Below are positions 9,378 to 19,064 of a stretch of 64,000 bases of DNA, in pieces. Below the pieces are notes generated by a model. The model had not been told where the DNA came from and did no database searches. It was given only the letters and a program-made list of their open reading frames with translations. The number at the start of each line of letters is the position of its first letter. Position 1 is the first letter of the stretch. The DNA lies in assembly GCA_965219445.1 (NCBI GenBank), contig CBDCNQ010000003.1, positions 256,001 to 320,000 on the forward strand, read 5' to 3'. The translations under genes were made by a program, and so were the position numbers. This DNA comes from Longimicrobiales bacterium. GTDB taxonomy: Bacteria; Gemmatimonadota; Gemmatimonadetes; Longimicrobiales; Gaopeijiaceae.

Positions 9378-10313
9378 GAGGACCGTCTTACTGCGGAGGA
9401 GTGTCGGGCAGTCCTATACACTCCAGACGAGGAGATCTTGGCGTTGCTCTCGGCCGCCTACAGCGTGAGGAAGACCTTCTGTGGCAACAAGGTGCATATT
9501 CACGTCTTGATGAACGCCAAGAGCGGCCTTTGTCCTGAGGATTGCAACTACTGCTCCCAATCCAGGCTTTCCACGGCTGATATCTCCAAGTATCCGATGG
9601 TGAGCGGAGATCGGCTCCTGGAAGCAGCAAGGGCCGCGAAGGAAGCGAGAGCCAAACGTTTTTGCATCGTGACGAGCGGGAGAGGTGCCACGTGGGGAGA
9701 AATCGAATACCTCAGTGAGGCCGTCCGTACGATTCGGGATGAGGTTGGGATCAAAGTCTGCTGTAGCGTCGGGCTACTGGATGAACCGAAGGCCAAGGCC
9801 CTCAAAGACGCCGGCGTGGACCAGCTCAACCATAACCTCAATACCAGCGAAGAGTTCTATTCGGAGATCTGCACCTCGCACACGTACCAAGACCGGTTGG
9901 ATACCTTACGAGCAGCCCGCTCCGCGGGATTAAACCTATGTACCGGTGCCATCTTCGGGATGGGCGAGTCGGACGACGACGTGATTGACACCCTCATGGC
10001 GCTACGGGACCTTTCTCCGCAATCGATCCCCATCAATTTCCTCATCCCCATCGAGGGCACGCCCTTACAGGACGTGCATCGCTTAACCCCATATCAGTGC
10101 CTGAGGATTCTGTGCTTGGCAAGATTCCTGAACCCGAGGCAAGAGATTAGGATCTCGGGCGGCAGGGAATTCCACCTGAGGTCTCTCCAGGCCATGGCGC
10201 TCTATCCGGCCAACTCCCTTTTCGTGGAAGGGTATCTGACCACACCGGGACAGTCGACGAAAGATGCCTGGCGGCTGATCGAGGACATGGGTTTCGAAAT
10301 CCAGCTAGATTGA
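9306..10313 (+). CDS. bioB: Biotin synthase (radical SAM)
   Basis: CPEDCNYCSQS, NHNLNTS, GMGE, IPINFL, RISGGRE, ANSLF; TATAAT at 9218-9223. Confidence 0.95.
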   Translation: MEFASLVEKATKMEFANLAEKAIKEDRLTAEECRAVLYTPDEEILALLSAAYSVRKTFCGNKVHIHVLMNAKSGLCPEDCNYCSQSRLSTADISKYPMVSGDRLLEAARAAKEARAKRFCIVTSGRGATWGEIEYLSEAVRTIRDEVGIKVCCSVGLLDEPKAKALKDAGVDQLNHNLNTSEEFYSEICTSHTYQDRLDTLRAARSAGLNLCTGAIFGMGESDDDVIDTLMALRDLSPQSIPINFLIPIEGTPLQDVHRLTPYQCLRILCLARFLNPRQEIRISGGREFHLRSLQAMALYPANSLFVEGYLTTPGQSTKDAWRLIEDMGFEIQLD

Positions 10314-10348
10314 CCGTTCCTGGAGAAAGGCCTTAAGCCGGCTGCATC

Positions 10349-11695
10349 ATGGCTCACCCCTATCGGATATGGCATCCCTTTACGCAGATGGCCCGCTTCG
10401 ACGCGGAGCCGAAGCTCGTCGTGGAGCGCGCTGAAGGAAACCGTCTGATCGACCGCGACGGTCGGAAATACATAGACGCTGTGGCATCGCTGTGGTCCAA
10501 TATCCACGGCCATGGGCATCCTCAAATCGTCGAAGCCATTCAGGCGCAGGCTGCGAAGCTTCAGCACAGTACGCTGCTGGGCATCAGCCACCCCTCGGCC
10601 ATCGAATTCGCTGACTGCCTCATCCGCCATCTACCTCAGGGCCTCTCGCGGGTCTACTACAGCTCAGACGGCGCTAGTGCCGTCGAAGTGGCCCTGAAAA
10701 TGGCGATCCAATACTGGGTCAATCGCGGTAGCCCTGAACGGAAGCGGATCGTCGCTTTGGACATGGCCTATCATGGAGATACCCTCGGAGCCAACAGCCT
10801 GGGCGGAGACGGACCCTTTCGGGACCCGTATGAGCCGCTGCTTTTCGAGCCGCTGCGGATTCCGAATGGGTATCGGTACCGTTGCCAGTGGTGCGCGGAC
10901 GACCTCGAGTGCGACTCCTCGTGCGTCAACGCACTGCGCGACCTCCTCGAGACCCGGGGGAGCGAAATCGCGGCGGTGATCGTCGAGCCCCGGGTGCAAG
11001 GAGCGGCCGGGATGATCGTCGCGCCCGACGGCACCCTTTCGGGCATCCGACAGCTATGCAACAACCATGATGTATTGCTCATCGCGGATGAGGTGGCAAC
11101 CGGATTCGGGAGGACAGGCGAAATGTTCGCCTGTGACCTAGAAGGCGTCGTGCCCGACATCATGGCGCTGGGGAAAGGCATCACCGGCGGGTACCTTCCG
11201 CTGTCGGCTACGGTCACTACCGACCGGGTCTATGATGCTTTTTACGACGTTTCCGATCGTCATAAGACGCTCTTTCACGGCCATACCTTCGCCGGGAACC
11301 CCATCTGTTGCGCCGCCGCCATGGCGAGCGTGAGGATCTTTGAAGCGGAGCCGGTCTTGGAGCGCGTGCGCCGGCGAGCCACTTTTCTTGAAGAGCTCCT
11401 GAACGAGTCTTTCGCTGACCATCCTTGGGTTGGGGAAATCCGGCAGCAGGGCCTAATGGTCGGCATCGAGTTGGTACGAGACCGAACGACACGAGAATCG
11501 TTTCCTCCAGCCGACGCCGTCGGTTGGCGAGTCTGCATGGCCGCCCGTGATCGAGGCGTCTTCATTCGTCCTTTGGGTGACGTCGTTGTCATCATGCCGC
11601 CTCTCTCCATAGAAGAGGACGAGCTTGCTCAGGTCGCCGAGGCCGTCCGATATGGTCTTCGCGAAGTTGGGAGAGACCATGACGTCGTGGACTGA
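10349..11695 (+). CDS. bioA: Adenosylmethionine-8-amino-7-oxononanoate aminotransferase
   Basis: IWHPFTQM, AVEVALKMA, YHGDT, LIADEVATGFGRTG, GKGITGGYLP. Confidence 0.95.
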   Translation: MAHPYRIWHPFTQMARFDAEPKLVVERAEGNRLIDRDGRKYIDAVASLWSNIHGHGHPQIVEAIQAQAAKLQHSTLLGISHPSAIEFADCLIRHLPQGLSRVYYSSDGASAVEVALKMAIQYWVNRGSPERKRIVALDMAYHGDTLGANSLGGDGPFRDPYEPLLFEPLRIPNGYRYRCQWCADDLECDSSCVNALRDLLETRGSEIAAVIVEPRVQGAAGMIVAPDGTLSGIRQLCNNHDVLLIADEVATGFGRTGEMFACDLEGVVPDIMALGKGITGGYLPLSATVTTDRVYDAFYDVSDRHKTLFHGHTFAGNPICCAAAMASVRIFEAEPVLERVRRRATFLEELLNESFADHPWVGEIRQQGLMVGIELVRDRTTRESFPPADAVGWRVCMAARDRGVFIRPLGDVVVIMPPLSIEEDELAQVAEAVRYGLREVGRDHDVVD

Positions 11696-12827
11696 GGATC
11701 TGGAAAACGACCTGCGGCGCCTGGACGAGCTGTCCCTCAGGCGCAGTATCATCACGCCGGAGACTGGACCGGAGCCTCACGTTGTCATGGAGGGGCGCCG
11801 ATACACGCTCTTTACGTCCAACAACTACCTCGGATTGAGTACCCACCCGGAGGTCATCGAAGCATCCATCGAGGCGACCCGCACCTTTGGAACCAGCGTC
11901 TCGTCCTCCCGGCTCCTGTGCGGGTCCACCCCGCTCCACGAAGAGCTCGAAACCCGGTTGGCTGTGTTGAAATCGAGGGAGGCGTGTCTGCTTTTCAGCT
12001 CCGGATATTTGGCAAACCTGGGATTGATGACCGCCTTCTTAGATTCCGAGGACGTGATCTTTAGCGACCGTCTGAATCACGCCTCCATCATCGATGGCTG
12101 TCGCTTGTCAGCAGCGAAAGTGGCGCTCTACGACCATTGCGACCCAGGCCACCTCGAGGCTCTTTTGGGCGAAACACCCGCGAAGCGGCGGCTCATCGTG
12201 ACGGAGTCGGTGTTCAGCATGGACGGAAACCTGGCCCCCGTCCCGGAGTTGCTCACGCTAGCCGAGCGTTTCGAAGCGCTAATGGTCTTGGATGAGGCAC
12301 ATGCTACTGGATTATTGGGCGAAGACGGCGCCGGAGTCCTCAGTCTCTTCGGCATCTCCGACGGCCCCATCGTTATCGTCGGCACCCTCTCGAAGGCCCT
12401 CGGTTCCGTCGGCGGATTCGTGGCCGCGGACCAGACTTTGATCTCAGTGCTGCTGAATCGGTCCCGCTCCTTTATTTTTAACACCGCGCTCCACGCTGGC
12501 GCGGTGGCAGCCGCCCTTACCTCCATAAAGCTGCTAGAGACCGAGCCATGGCGTAGAGAGCGATCACTCTCTCTGGCGCGTACTCTCCGCGATGGAATCG
12601 TCCAACAGGGGTTTCCCCCCTCCAAGTCCGTCACGCCAATCGTCCCTCTGATGATCGGCGATGCCGAGGCGGCCCTAGCCCTCGACTTACGACTTCGCGA
12701 GGCCGGTGTACTCGCTCGAGCAATACGACCGCCAACGGTACCGAAGGGAACCTCGCGCATCAGGTTCAACGTGATGGCAACCCACGAGGAGGAGGACATC
12801 AGTCACGTGTTGGGCCTGCTCTCCTGA
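11679..12827 (+). CDS. bioF: 8-amino-7-oxononanoate synthase
   Basis: SNNYLGL, NHASIIDG, VFSMDG, DEAHATG, GTLSKALG, IRPPTVP. Confidence 0.95.
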   Translation: MTSWTEDLENDLRRLDELSLRRSIITPETGPEPHVVMEGRRYTLFTSNNYLGLSTHPEVIEASIEATRTFGTSVSSSRLLCGSTPLHEELETRLAVLKSREACLLFSSGYLANLGLMTAFLDSEDVIFSDRLNHASIIDGCRLSAAKVALYDHCDPGHLEALLGETPAKRRLIVTESVFSMDGNLAPVPELLTLAERFEALMVLDEAHATGLLGEDGAGVLSLFGISDGPIVIVGTLSKALGSVGGFVAADQTLISVLLNRSRSFIFNTALHAGAVAAALTSIKLLETEPWRRERSLSLARTLRDGIVQQGFPPSKSVTPIVPLMIGDAEAALALDLRLREAGVLARAIRPPTVPKGTSRIRFNVMATHEEEDISHVLGLLS

Positions 12828-12833
12828 TCGGAT

Positions 12834-13556
12834 ATGGGTCGCATCGTACTGGTGACTGGCACGGATACGGGCGTCGGCAAAACCATCGTCGCTGCCTGGT
12901 TGGCCTGGCTCACACGCCGGTCGCAACGAGTAGCGTTGGTGAAGGCCGCTCAAACCGGGGCAGACCCCCGCGTGGACGGCGACGAGGCGTTCTATCGTGC
13001 GGCCCTCACCGACCATCCCGTTACGATGACCACATTGGCCACATTCCCCGAGCCCCTGGCCCCATCGATTGCCGCCCGGAGGGCAGGGAAAAGCGTTCAA
13101 GCGAGCGACCTCGCGCGGTCTTGCATGGAGATCGCCCAGGATCACGACTTGACCATCGTCGAAGGCTCCGGGGGCCTAATGGTGCCTATCGATGAAGACA
13201 CGAACTTCGCGGATTTTGCAGGGGCCCTGGGTGCCACCCTGGTTCTGGTGATCCGGCCTGGGCTCGGGACGTTGAATCACACGATGCTCACGCTGGAGGC
13301 TGCAGCGAGGCGAAACATTTCCATCGAGATGTTGGTGTGCAACGGATTAGTGGCGAAGCCTCGGACCGTGGAAATCGAAAATCTGCGATTCTTTCGCGGC
13401 CACTATCCAGAGATACCGTTGATCTCGCTCCGCCGCCTGCGCCGGGCTGATCTACATCGTCTGTCTCTCCTCCGACCGCGCCTCCTAGGCGACCCGCCAC
13501 CCATGATCCAGGGCTCGATGTTGGAGCGCATGGAGCTTCCACCGCTGGGCTCATAG
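12834..13556 (+). CDS. bioD: Dethiobiotin synthase
   Basis: VTGTDTGVGKT, K.AQTG, VEGSGGL, LGTLNHT. Confidence 0.95.
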   Translation: MGRIVLVTGTDTGVGKTIVAAWLAWLTRRSQRVALVKAAQTGADPRVDGDEAFYRAALTDHPVTMTTLATFPEPLAPSIAARRAGKSVQASDLARSCMEIAQDHDLTIVEGSGGLMVPIDEDTNFADFAGALGATLVLVIRPGLGTLNHTMLTLEAAARRNISIEMLVCNGLVAKPRTVEIENLRFFRGHYPEIPLISLRRLRRADLHRLSLLRPRLLGDPPPMIQGSMLERMELPPLGS

Positions 13557-13835
13557 CTCTCGGGTACATCCACCCCCCGCTTAAGGCGAAACAACCAGTC
13601 CCATGATCCGTCCTAGTGCCCTAGCAGGACGCGGCACGGCCGCAGGCGCCCCGGTTACCTCGCCTCGACTAGAACCAAAGTCACCGATTCGGGTGGGCGA
13701 GCGAACCGTGGTGAGCACCCTCCGAGCGCGGTGCGTCAGCATGCGAACTTTCAGTCCGAAGAGAATCATTGCACAACCGGTCCGCTATACCACAGGATTG
13801 AGCATGGAATACATTCGCCCAACCATCTCAGAGCC

Positions 13836-15020
13836 ATGAACCACACCCAAAAAAACGAATCCTCTGAAGGCGCGTTTATCCATCGAGTGCTACACGAGGG
13901 GATTACGCAAGGCGCCTCCCACATCCATGTCGAACCCGTGGACGACGATGTCGCCGTGCGATATCGGGTAGGGCGTGAGTATCGAGAATTCGCGAAGGAG
14001 ACGAGGGACATCTCGGGGGTCATGACACAGCTTCGGACGTTAGCGGGCCTCAGTGTAGTACCGCCCTTCGGTCCGGAGTGGGGCGTCATCAAATTCGAGA
14101 ACGAGGAAAAGGTGCACCGGTTCGCCGCTCAGATGTTGCCGAGCCTCACGGGCGAAAAGGCCGTACTTCAGTTGCTCCGAGAGACCTATATGGACCCCCG
14201 CCGTCTCGACGAGTTGGGCCTGATGGACGACCAGTCGGCCACGCTGAAGTCCACCCTCGAACAGAGGTCTGGCCTCATCGTGTTGTGTGGCCCGACCGGC
14301 AGCGGACTGGACACGACCGCGTACGCCTCACTGCTGCGACTCGACCGGAGTGCTCGCAGCGTGGCGACGATCGAAATGGTCGCCCAGGGGGAGGTTCCCG
14401 GCGTGCACCGGATGGAGGCCGGAGACGTGGACGAAAAAAATGCCATGCTGAGAGCCCTCATCCGGACAGATACCGATGTCGTGTATGTACAGGACCTCTC
14501 CGGAGGTGAATCCGCCACGCTCGCGCTGAGCGCGGCGATCGAGCACCAAAAGCTCGTGATCGCCTCCCTCCATAGCTCCAGTGCCGCCGCGGCCGTCACG
14601 CATTTCGTGAATCTCGGGATCGAGCCCTGGCTCGTGGGGAGCGGAATCAGGCTGATTCAGGCGCAGCGGCTACTTCGGCGGCTCTGCCCCGTATGCCGGG
14701 AGCATGCGGTGGTTCTCGGAGGACCCCCGCCCGAGGAGGCATCCGAGCAAACGACACCCGAGTCCTTCGCTTCCCATCGGGCGGTCGGGTGTGACGCGTG
14801 TCAGGGTGTTGGCTACACAGACGAAAGAGTGCTCGTATGTGAGTCCATGCCTTTCTCAGAGCACCTGCAACAACTGGTCATCGAAAAGGCCTCGGAAAGC
14901 GATATTCAGGCTGAGGCGGTACAGGAGGGCATGACCACCCTGCGCTCGATGGCCCTCGAACTCGCCCGAGAAGGAGTGACTACACTGGATGAGGTCTACC
15001 TCCACACACCGCCCGAATGA
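13836..15020 (+). CDS. GspE/PilB-family secretion ATPase-like protein with degenerate Walker motifs
   Basis: ASHIHVEP, GEKAVL, GPTGSGLDT, SLH, AQRLLRRLCPVC..GCDACQGVGY, GMTTL..G.TTLDEV. Confidence 0.8.
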   Translation: MNHTQKNESSEGAFIHRVLHEGITQGASHIHVEPVDDDVAVRYRVGREYREFAKETRDISGVMTQLRTLAGLSVVPPFGPEWGVIKFENEEKVHRFAAQMLPSLTGEKAVLQLLRETYMDPRRLDELGLMDDQSATLKSTLEQRSGLIVLCGPTGSGLDTTAYASLLRLDRSARSVATIEMVAQGEVPGVHRMEAGDVDEKNAMLRALIRTDTDVVYVQDLSGGESATLALSAAIEHQKLVIASLHSSSAAAAVTHFVNLGIEPWLVGSGIRLIQAQRLLRRLCPVCREHAVVLGGPPPEEASEQTTPESFASHRAVGCDACQGVGYTDERVLVCESMPFSEHLQQLVIEKASESDIQAEAVQEGMTTLRSMALELAREGVTTLDEVYLHTPPE

Positions 15021-15088
15021 GAGCACCACCCAACCGATCAGCTCCGTCTAAGTAGGCACGTCGCAGGGAGAAGCCGATCGCCCAGTGG

Positions 15089-16288
15089 TCAACGCACGCG
15101 GAGCCTGAACTGGCCGACTTCTCCGCCAAGAGACGAAGCGACCACATGATACACGCCGTCGGCCGGGAAGGAGATTTCAAGACGCGAGTTTAGGCCCTCA
15201 CCGCCGTCGTCGTCCGACAGCGGCTCTTCCAGATCTGGTCCGGCTATAAACAGGTAGCTGTCGAAGTCATCGGAAATCAGATCGATCCTCACCGAGTCCC
15301 CGGCGCGCACCTCGAGGGCCCATGCTTGCATAGGCTTACCCCCAATCACCGGATCCTCCCCGGTGAGCGTCCCCCTGGCGTTCGATCCTACCTCAAGCAG
15401 CCGGCCATCGGTTGAGAGGCTGTTCATATCGATCGGATCCGCGACGGTCAGCGAGTACGACCCGGTCGAACCGGAACTCAGCGCCCCCGCCCCGATGATG
15501 TAAGTGCCCGTCTCGGGAAACAAAACCGTCAGCTCGGAGTTCAGGCCCACGCCGCTGTCGTCGTCTGTCATGGTCTCGATCATGCCCGGACCGTAGGCGA
15601 AGAGATACGCATCGAAGTCGTCGGACTCGAGCCGGATCGTTGCGGTCTCGCCCGCTAACGCCTCTAGAGCCCACGCCTGCGCCGGTTTGCCGTCAGCGAG
15701 CGTAGCCTCGGTGCCCAATAGGCGGCCCCGTGCCGGTTCACCCCAGGTCAACTCCCTTCCATCGGTCGGCAGCGCAGCCAGCGCAGATCCGTCGATCCCG
15801 CCACAGGACCGCTCCGCCACCGGGCCGGGCTCGCGGGACATAAGGAGTTGATAGGTGCCGGTCTGCCGCGACGACGAGGAACTCGCGACGACGTGAAAAA
15901 GGCCTCGGTCGAGGACCGTCAAGTTGATCCGCGAATGACAGGCGCCACCACTGTCATCGTCCGCAAGGGTTTCCTCGAGACCCGGACCCGCCACGTACAG
16001 GTAACTATCGAAATCGTCGGAGACGAGATCGATCGTTACCTCTTGGCCCGGCTTTCCCTGAAAAGCCCACGCCTCAACATAGCTGTCGTCCGTCGTAATG
16101 AAGTCGGCCACAGAAAGCGCGCCTCGGACCTCGTCGTCGATCTTCAACTCTCGTCCATCGGTGTCGAGGAGCATCAGGACCGAAGTCTCCTGCGCCCGTG
16201 CATCCGCGGGCGACAAGAGGACGAAGAACGCGAAGCAGACGGCCGCCTGCCGCGCCCAAACAGAGTATTGGAGCAAGAAATTAGACAC
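15089..16288 (-). CDS. Exported protein with three PPC-like (pre-peptidase C-terminal) beta-sandwich repeats
   Basis: Signal peptide (ARA-Q) and 3x AW....G..V.I.L.SDDFD.YL...GP......DDD.G repeats. Confidence 0.7.
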   Translation of the reverse strand: MSNFLLQYSVWARQAAVCFAFFVLLSPADARAQETSVLMLLDTDGRELKIDDEVRGALSVADFITTDDSYVEAWAFQGKPGQEVTIDLVSDDFDSYLYVAGPGLEETLADDDSGGACHSRINLTVLDRGLFHVVASSSSSRQTGTYQLLMSREPGPVAERSCGGIDGSALAALPTDGRELTWGEPARGRLLGTEATLADGKPAQAWALEALAGETATIRLESDDFDAYLFAYGPGMIETMTDDDSGVGLNSELTVLFPETGTYIIGAGALSSGSTGSYSLTVADPIDMNSLSTDGRLLEVGSNARGTLTGEDPVIGGKPMQAWALEVRAGDSVRIDLISDDFDSYLFIAGPDLEEPLSDDDGGEGLNSRLEISFPADGVYHVVASSLGGEVGQFRLRVR

Positions 16289-16395
16289 GAGTCACCTCGG
16301 AAAGATGTGACGAGGGTCGATCCGGCGCGATCGACACCGTTTCGTCGAGACCGTTCATATGATTAAAGCTAGGAAGGCCCTCCCGCCGCACTCAA

Positions 16396-16480
16396 CACAT
16401 TTCTCGCCGCGACTCGCCCACATTTCTCGCCGCGGCTCGTCACAAGAGTCGCCGCGGCCCGCCACAAGAGTTACCGTGGG
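16396..16480. repeat. Four degenerate ~22-bp tandem repeats in a divergent intergenic region
   Basis: CACATTTCTCGCCGCGACTCGCC / CACATTTCTCGCCGCGGCTCGT / CACAAGAGTCGCCGCGGCCCGC / CACAAGAGTTACCGTGGG. Confidence 0.7.
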
Positions 16481-16482
16481 GC

Positions 16483-16875
16483 ATGACCCCCCAGATTCCA
16501 GTTGTTGCGGCGATCATCCGGAGGGAGAACATGGTTCTATTGGGCCGGAGGCCCGACCACAAACGTCATGGAGGCTTGTGGGAGTTTCCCGGTGGGAAGA
16601 TCGACGAGGGGGAGACGGAGGCCGACGCGGTGACGCGTGAGCTGCTCGAGGAGTTCGGCGTTGAGACGATATTGGTCGGGAGCGTCGTGTACGAGTGTCG
16701 AGACCCCGATTCATCATTCATCGTTCGGTTTCTGGATGTTGGCATCCGTGGCGAGCCCGACCCGACCGAGCATGCCGAGATCGGTTGGTTCGAGCCCGAT
16801 TCGCTACCGACGCTCGGTCTCGCTCCTTGTGACGCCCGTTTCGTCGCGGAGCATTTCCTCCGGGTTCCCGGCTGA
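16483..16875 (+). CDS. NUDIX hydrolase (MutT/NudG-like)
   Basis: WEFPGGKIDEGETEADAVTRELLEEFG Nudix box. Confidence 0.9.
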   Translation: MTPQIPVVAAIIRRENMVLLGRRPDHKRHGGLWEFPGGKIDEGETEADAVTRELLEEFGVETILVGSVVYECRDPDSSFIVRFLDVGIRGEPDPTEHAEIGWFEPDSLPTLGLAPCDARFVAEHFLRVPG

Positions 16876-18399
16876 TCCTTCTCCGAAGCCCGACGTCGAG
16901 CGGTTCGAAGCCAACTCCAAGATTTTCGCGAGCCAGCGCGCCGGCACTTTCGGAATCTCGTGTCGCACGGTTTCTCCACGCACGAGGCCTCGGCCCGCGA
17001 CGTGCCCCTGAAGTCCCAAGGGCACGAACCCGGATTCGACGCCTGGGACCTCGACATCTTCGCCATTGAGGAGCTGCGTCCACTGATCGAGTGAGAGCGA
17101 GATCAGTTTGGGCAGGATCGCGCCTTCGAGGAGCCGAAACAGATCATTGGTGGGCCTGGGGCGATTCCGGTAATCCGGCACCATGGCCCGTAGGCCGACC
17201 GAGACCACTCGCCAACGGTCGCTCTCACCCCAGCTCTCCAACGGCCAGCCTTCGCAACGATGGACCCAAAGATCCTCGCCTCGTACGATCCACCCGAAGT
17301 CGCTCCGGACGTCCGCTCCGATCCCGAACAACGACTCCAGACGATCGAACCCGGCCTCGATCGTGTCAGCTGCGGCCTGGGGATCCGTGCGCCCATCCGG
17401 AAAGGCGGCCGGCACGGGACTCCACCCGGGCAGCTTCGGTACCGCGTTCACGACTGACCCGGCGGGTTCGTTCCCGCCTAACCGCTTGAGACATGCCAGG
17501 AACAGTCCCCCAGAATCGAAGTGGTGAGGATATATCCGGCAGGCTCCCTCGAGACTGGAGTCGAACGTCTGACCCTCGAAGGACGTGAGGCCGGGGGCGT
17601 GTGGAGCGTCGATCGTGATCGGGTCGAGTACAACGGGAGCGTCTTCGAGAACACGATCTACGATGGCCTCGTTCTCCTCGGGGGCGAAGGTGCAGGTCGA
17701 GTAAAGGACGGTACCGCCAGGGCGTGTAAGGGCGATGGCTCTCCGGAGCAGCGCCTCCTGCCGCCGCGGCGCCTGCCTACGGAACTTGGCCGTCTGCCCC
17801 CTCGGCTTGCCGCGCTTTCTCCGCAGCGTCCCTTCGGCCGAGCAAGGGGCATCTACAAGCACCCGGTCGAAGAGCGCTCCGTCCGGCAGTGACCTGCCGT
17901 CCCCTGCCACGACGAGCACGTTCGGGTGTGCCGTGCGGTACATATTTCCGAGGAGAGCCCGGATGCGATCCTCGTTCCGGTCGACGGCCACGATGCAGCC
18001 GCGGTCCTGCATGAGGTCGGCAGCGTGGGTGGTCTTCCCTCCCGGAGCGGCGCAAAGATCCAGGATCCGCTCACCCGGACGGGGCGCCAGGAGGGGTGTG
18101 GCCACCCCTGTGGAGGCTTGCTGGATGTAAAACAGGCCCAGCCAGTTCTCGAGCGTGTCGGCTACGGCGTGGGGGCCATCATCAACGCGTAAGAAGTCCG
18201 GCAACCCCTCCACCTCCGAGAGGACGAAGCCCTGAGCCTGGAGCCGGTCTTTGAGGCTCACCGAGGAGATCCGTCCCGTGCGAACCCGGAGCGTGGGAGG
18301 ATCGCGACGAAGCATGGCGTCCCGAAAACCCTCCCAATCGGGGATGATCGTCCGGTATCGCTCGAGCGGATTCATGGAATCAGCCAGCGGCAACGTCAC
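16804..18399 (-). CDS. RsmB/RsmF/NOP2-family RNA m5C methyltransferase
   Basis: LDLCAAPGGKT, DRVLVDAPCS, YSTCT, EENE. Confidence 0.9.
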   Translation of the reverse strand: MTLPLADSMNPLERYRTIIPDWEGFRDAMLRRDPPTLRVRTGRISSVSLKDRLQAQGFVLSEVEGLPDFLRVDDGPHAVADTLENWLGLFYIQQASTGVATPLLAPRPGERILDLCAAPGGKTTHAADLMQDRGCIVAVDRNEDRIRALLGNMYRTAHPNVLVVAGDGRSLPDGALFDRVLVDAPCSAEGTLRRKRGKPRGQTAKFRRQAPRRQEALLRRAIALTRPGGTVLYSTCTFAPEENEAIVDRVLEDAPVVLDPITIDAPHAPGLTSFEGQTFDSSLEGACRIYPHHFDSGGLFLACLKRLGGNEPAGSVVNAVPKLPGWSPVPAAFPDGRTDPQAAADTIEAGFDRLESLFGIGADVRSDFGWIVRGEDLWVHRCEGWPLESWGESDRWRVVSVGLRAMVPDYRNRPRPTNDLFRLLEGAILPKLISLSLDQWTQLLNGEDVEVPGVESGFVPLGLQGHVAGRGLVRGETVRHEIPKVPARWLAKILELASNRSTSGFGEGSAGNPEEMLRDETGVTRSETERR

Positions 18400-19021
18400 C
18401 CACAGGAACGCGGTCGGCGCTACGCGACGCTTGGCTGTGTCTCCTCCGCCGACGAATACGAAGGAGCATCAATACGGCCAGCACGGTCGTGGCCACGATC
18501 GGCCAGTACGTATCCGCCTTGACCTGCCAGTAGAAATGCAGCACACCCAAACTGGTCGACAGGTATACCAATCGATGGAGCCTCTGCCAGTTCTTCTTGA
18601 GTCTTCGGATCCATCCTTTGGTCGAGGTGATGGCTAGGGGTATCAGCAGCAGCCAAGCCGTGAAGCCCGCCAGGATATAGGGGCGCTCCATGACGTCCTC
18701 GATGACGAACTCCAAGTCGAGGGTCTGATCCACGACGGCATACCAAAGGAAGTGCATCGTCAGGTAGAAGAATGCGAAGAGCCCTACGGGGCGCCGGAGA
18801 GGAGCGATGCTGTTCCAACCGGTGAGGCGCCGAACGGGGGTGATGGACAGTGTGACCAGGAGGAAGATCAGGGCGGTGTCGCCAAACCAATGCAGTACCT
18901 CCTCGATCGGGTTGGCACCGAGGCGATCCGTAAACCCGAGCCATAGGAGCCACACGGCGGGTGCGAGTCCCAAGAACCAAACCAGACCCTTGAGGAAGAG
19001 GAGACGACGCTTCTTGTTCAC
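18380..19021 (-). CDS. msrQ: Methionine sulfoxide reductase heme membrane subunit
   Basis: LGANPIE, TLSITP, RRPVGLFAFFY..H, PLAITS, WQRLHRLVY, LHFYW; directly downstream of msrP. Confidence 0.9.
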   Translation of the reverse strand: MNKKRRLLFLKGLVWFLGLAPAVWLLWLGFTDRLGANPIEEVLHWFGDTALIFLLVTLSITPVRRLTGWNSIAPLRRPVGLFAFFYLTMHFLWYAVVDQTLDLEFVIEDVMERPYILAGFTAWLLLIPLAITSTKGWIRRLKKNWQRLHRLVYLSTSLGVLHFYWQVKADTYWPIVATTVLAVLMLLRIRRRRRHSQASRSADRVPVGDVAAG

Positions 19022-19064
19022 ACCCCACCCCCGATTCGACTCAAGCGATCCGGTCCGGTTCCGC

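Noticed and set aside
16396..16480. Possible mini-CRISPR array
   Set aside because: The units are contiguous with no spacers, and there are no cas genes in the window.
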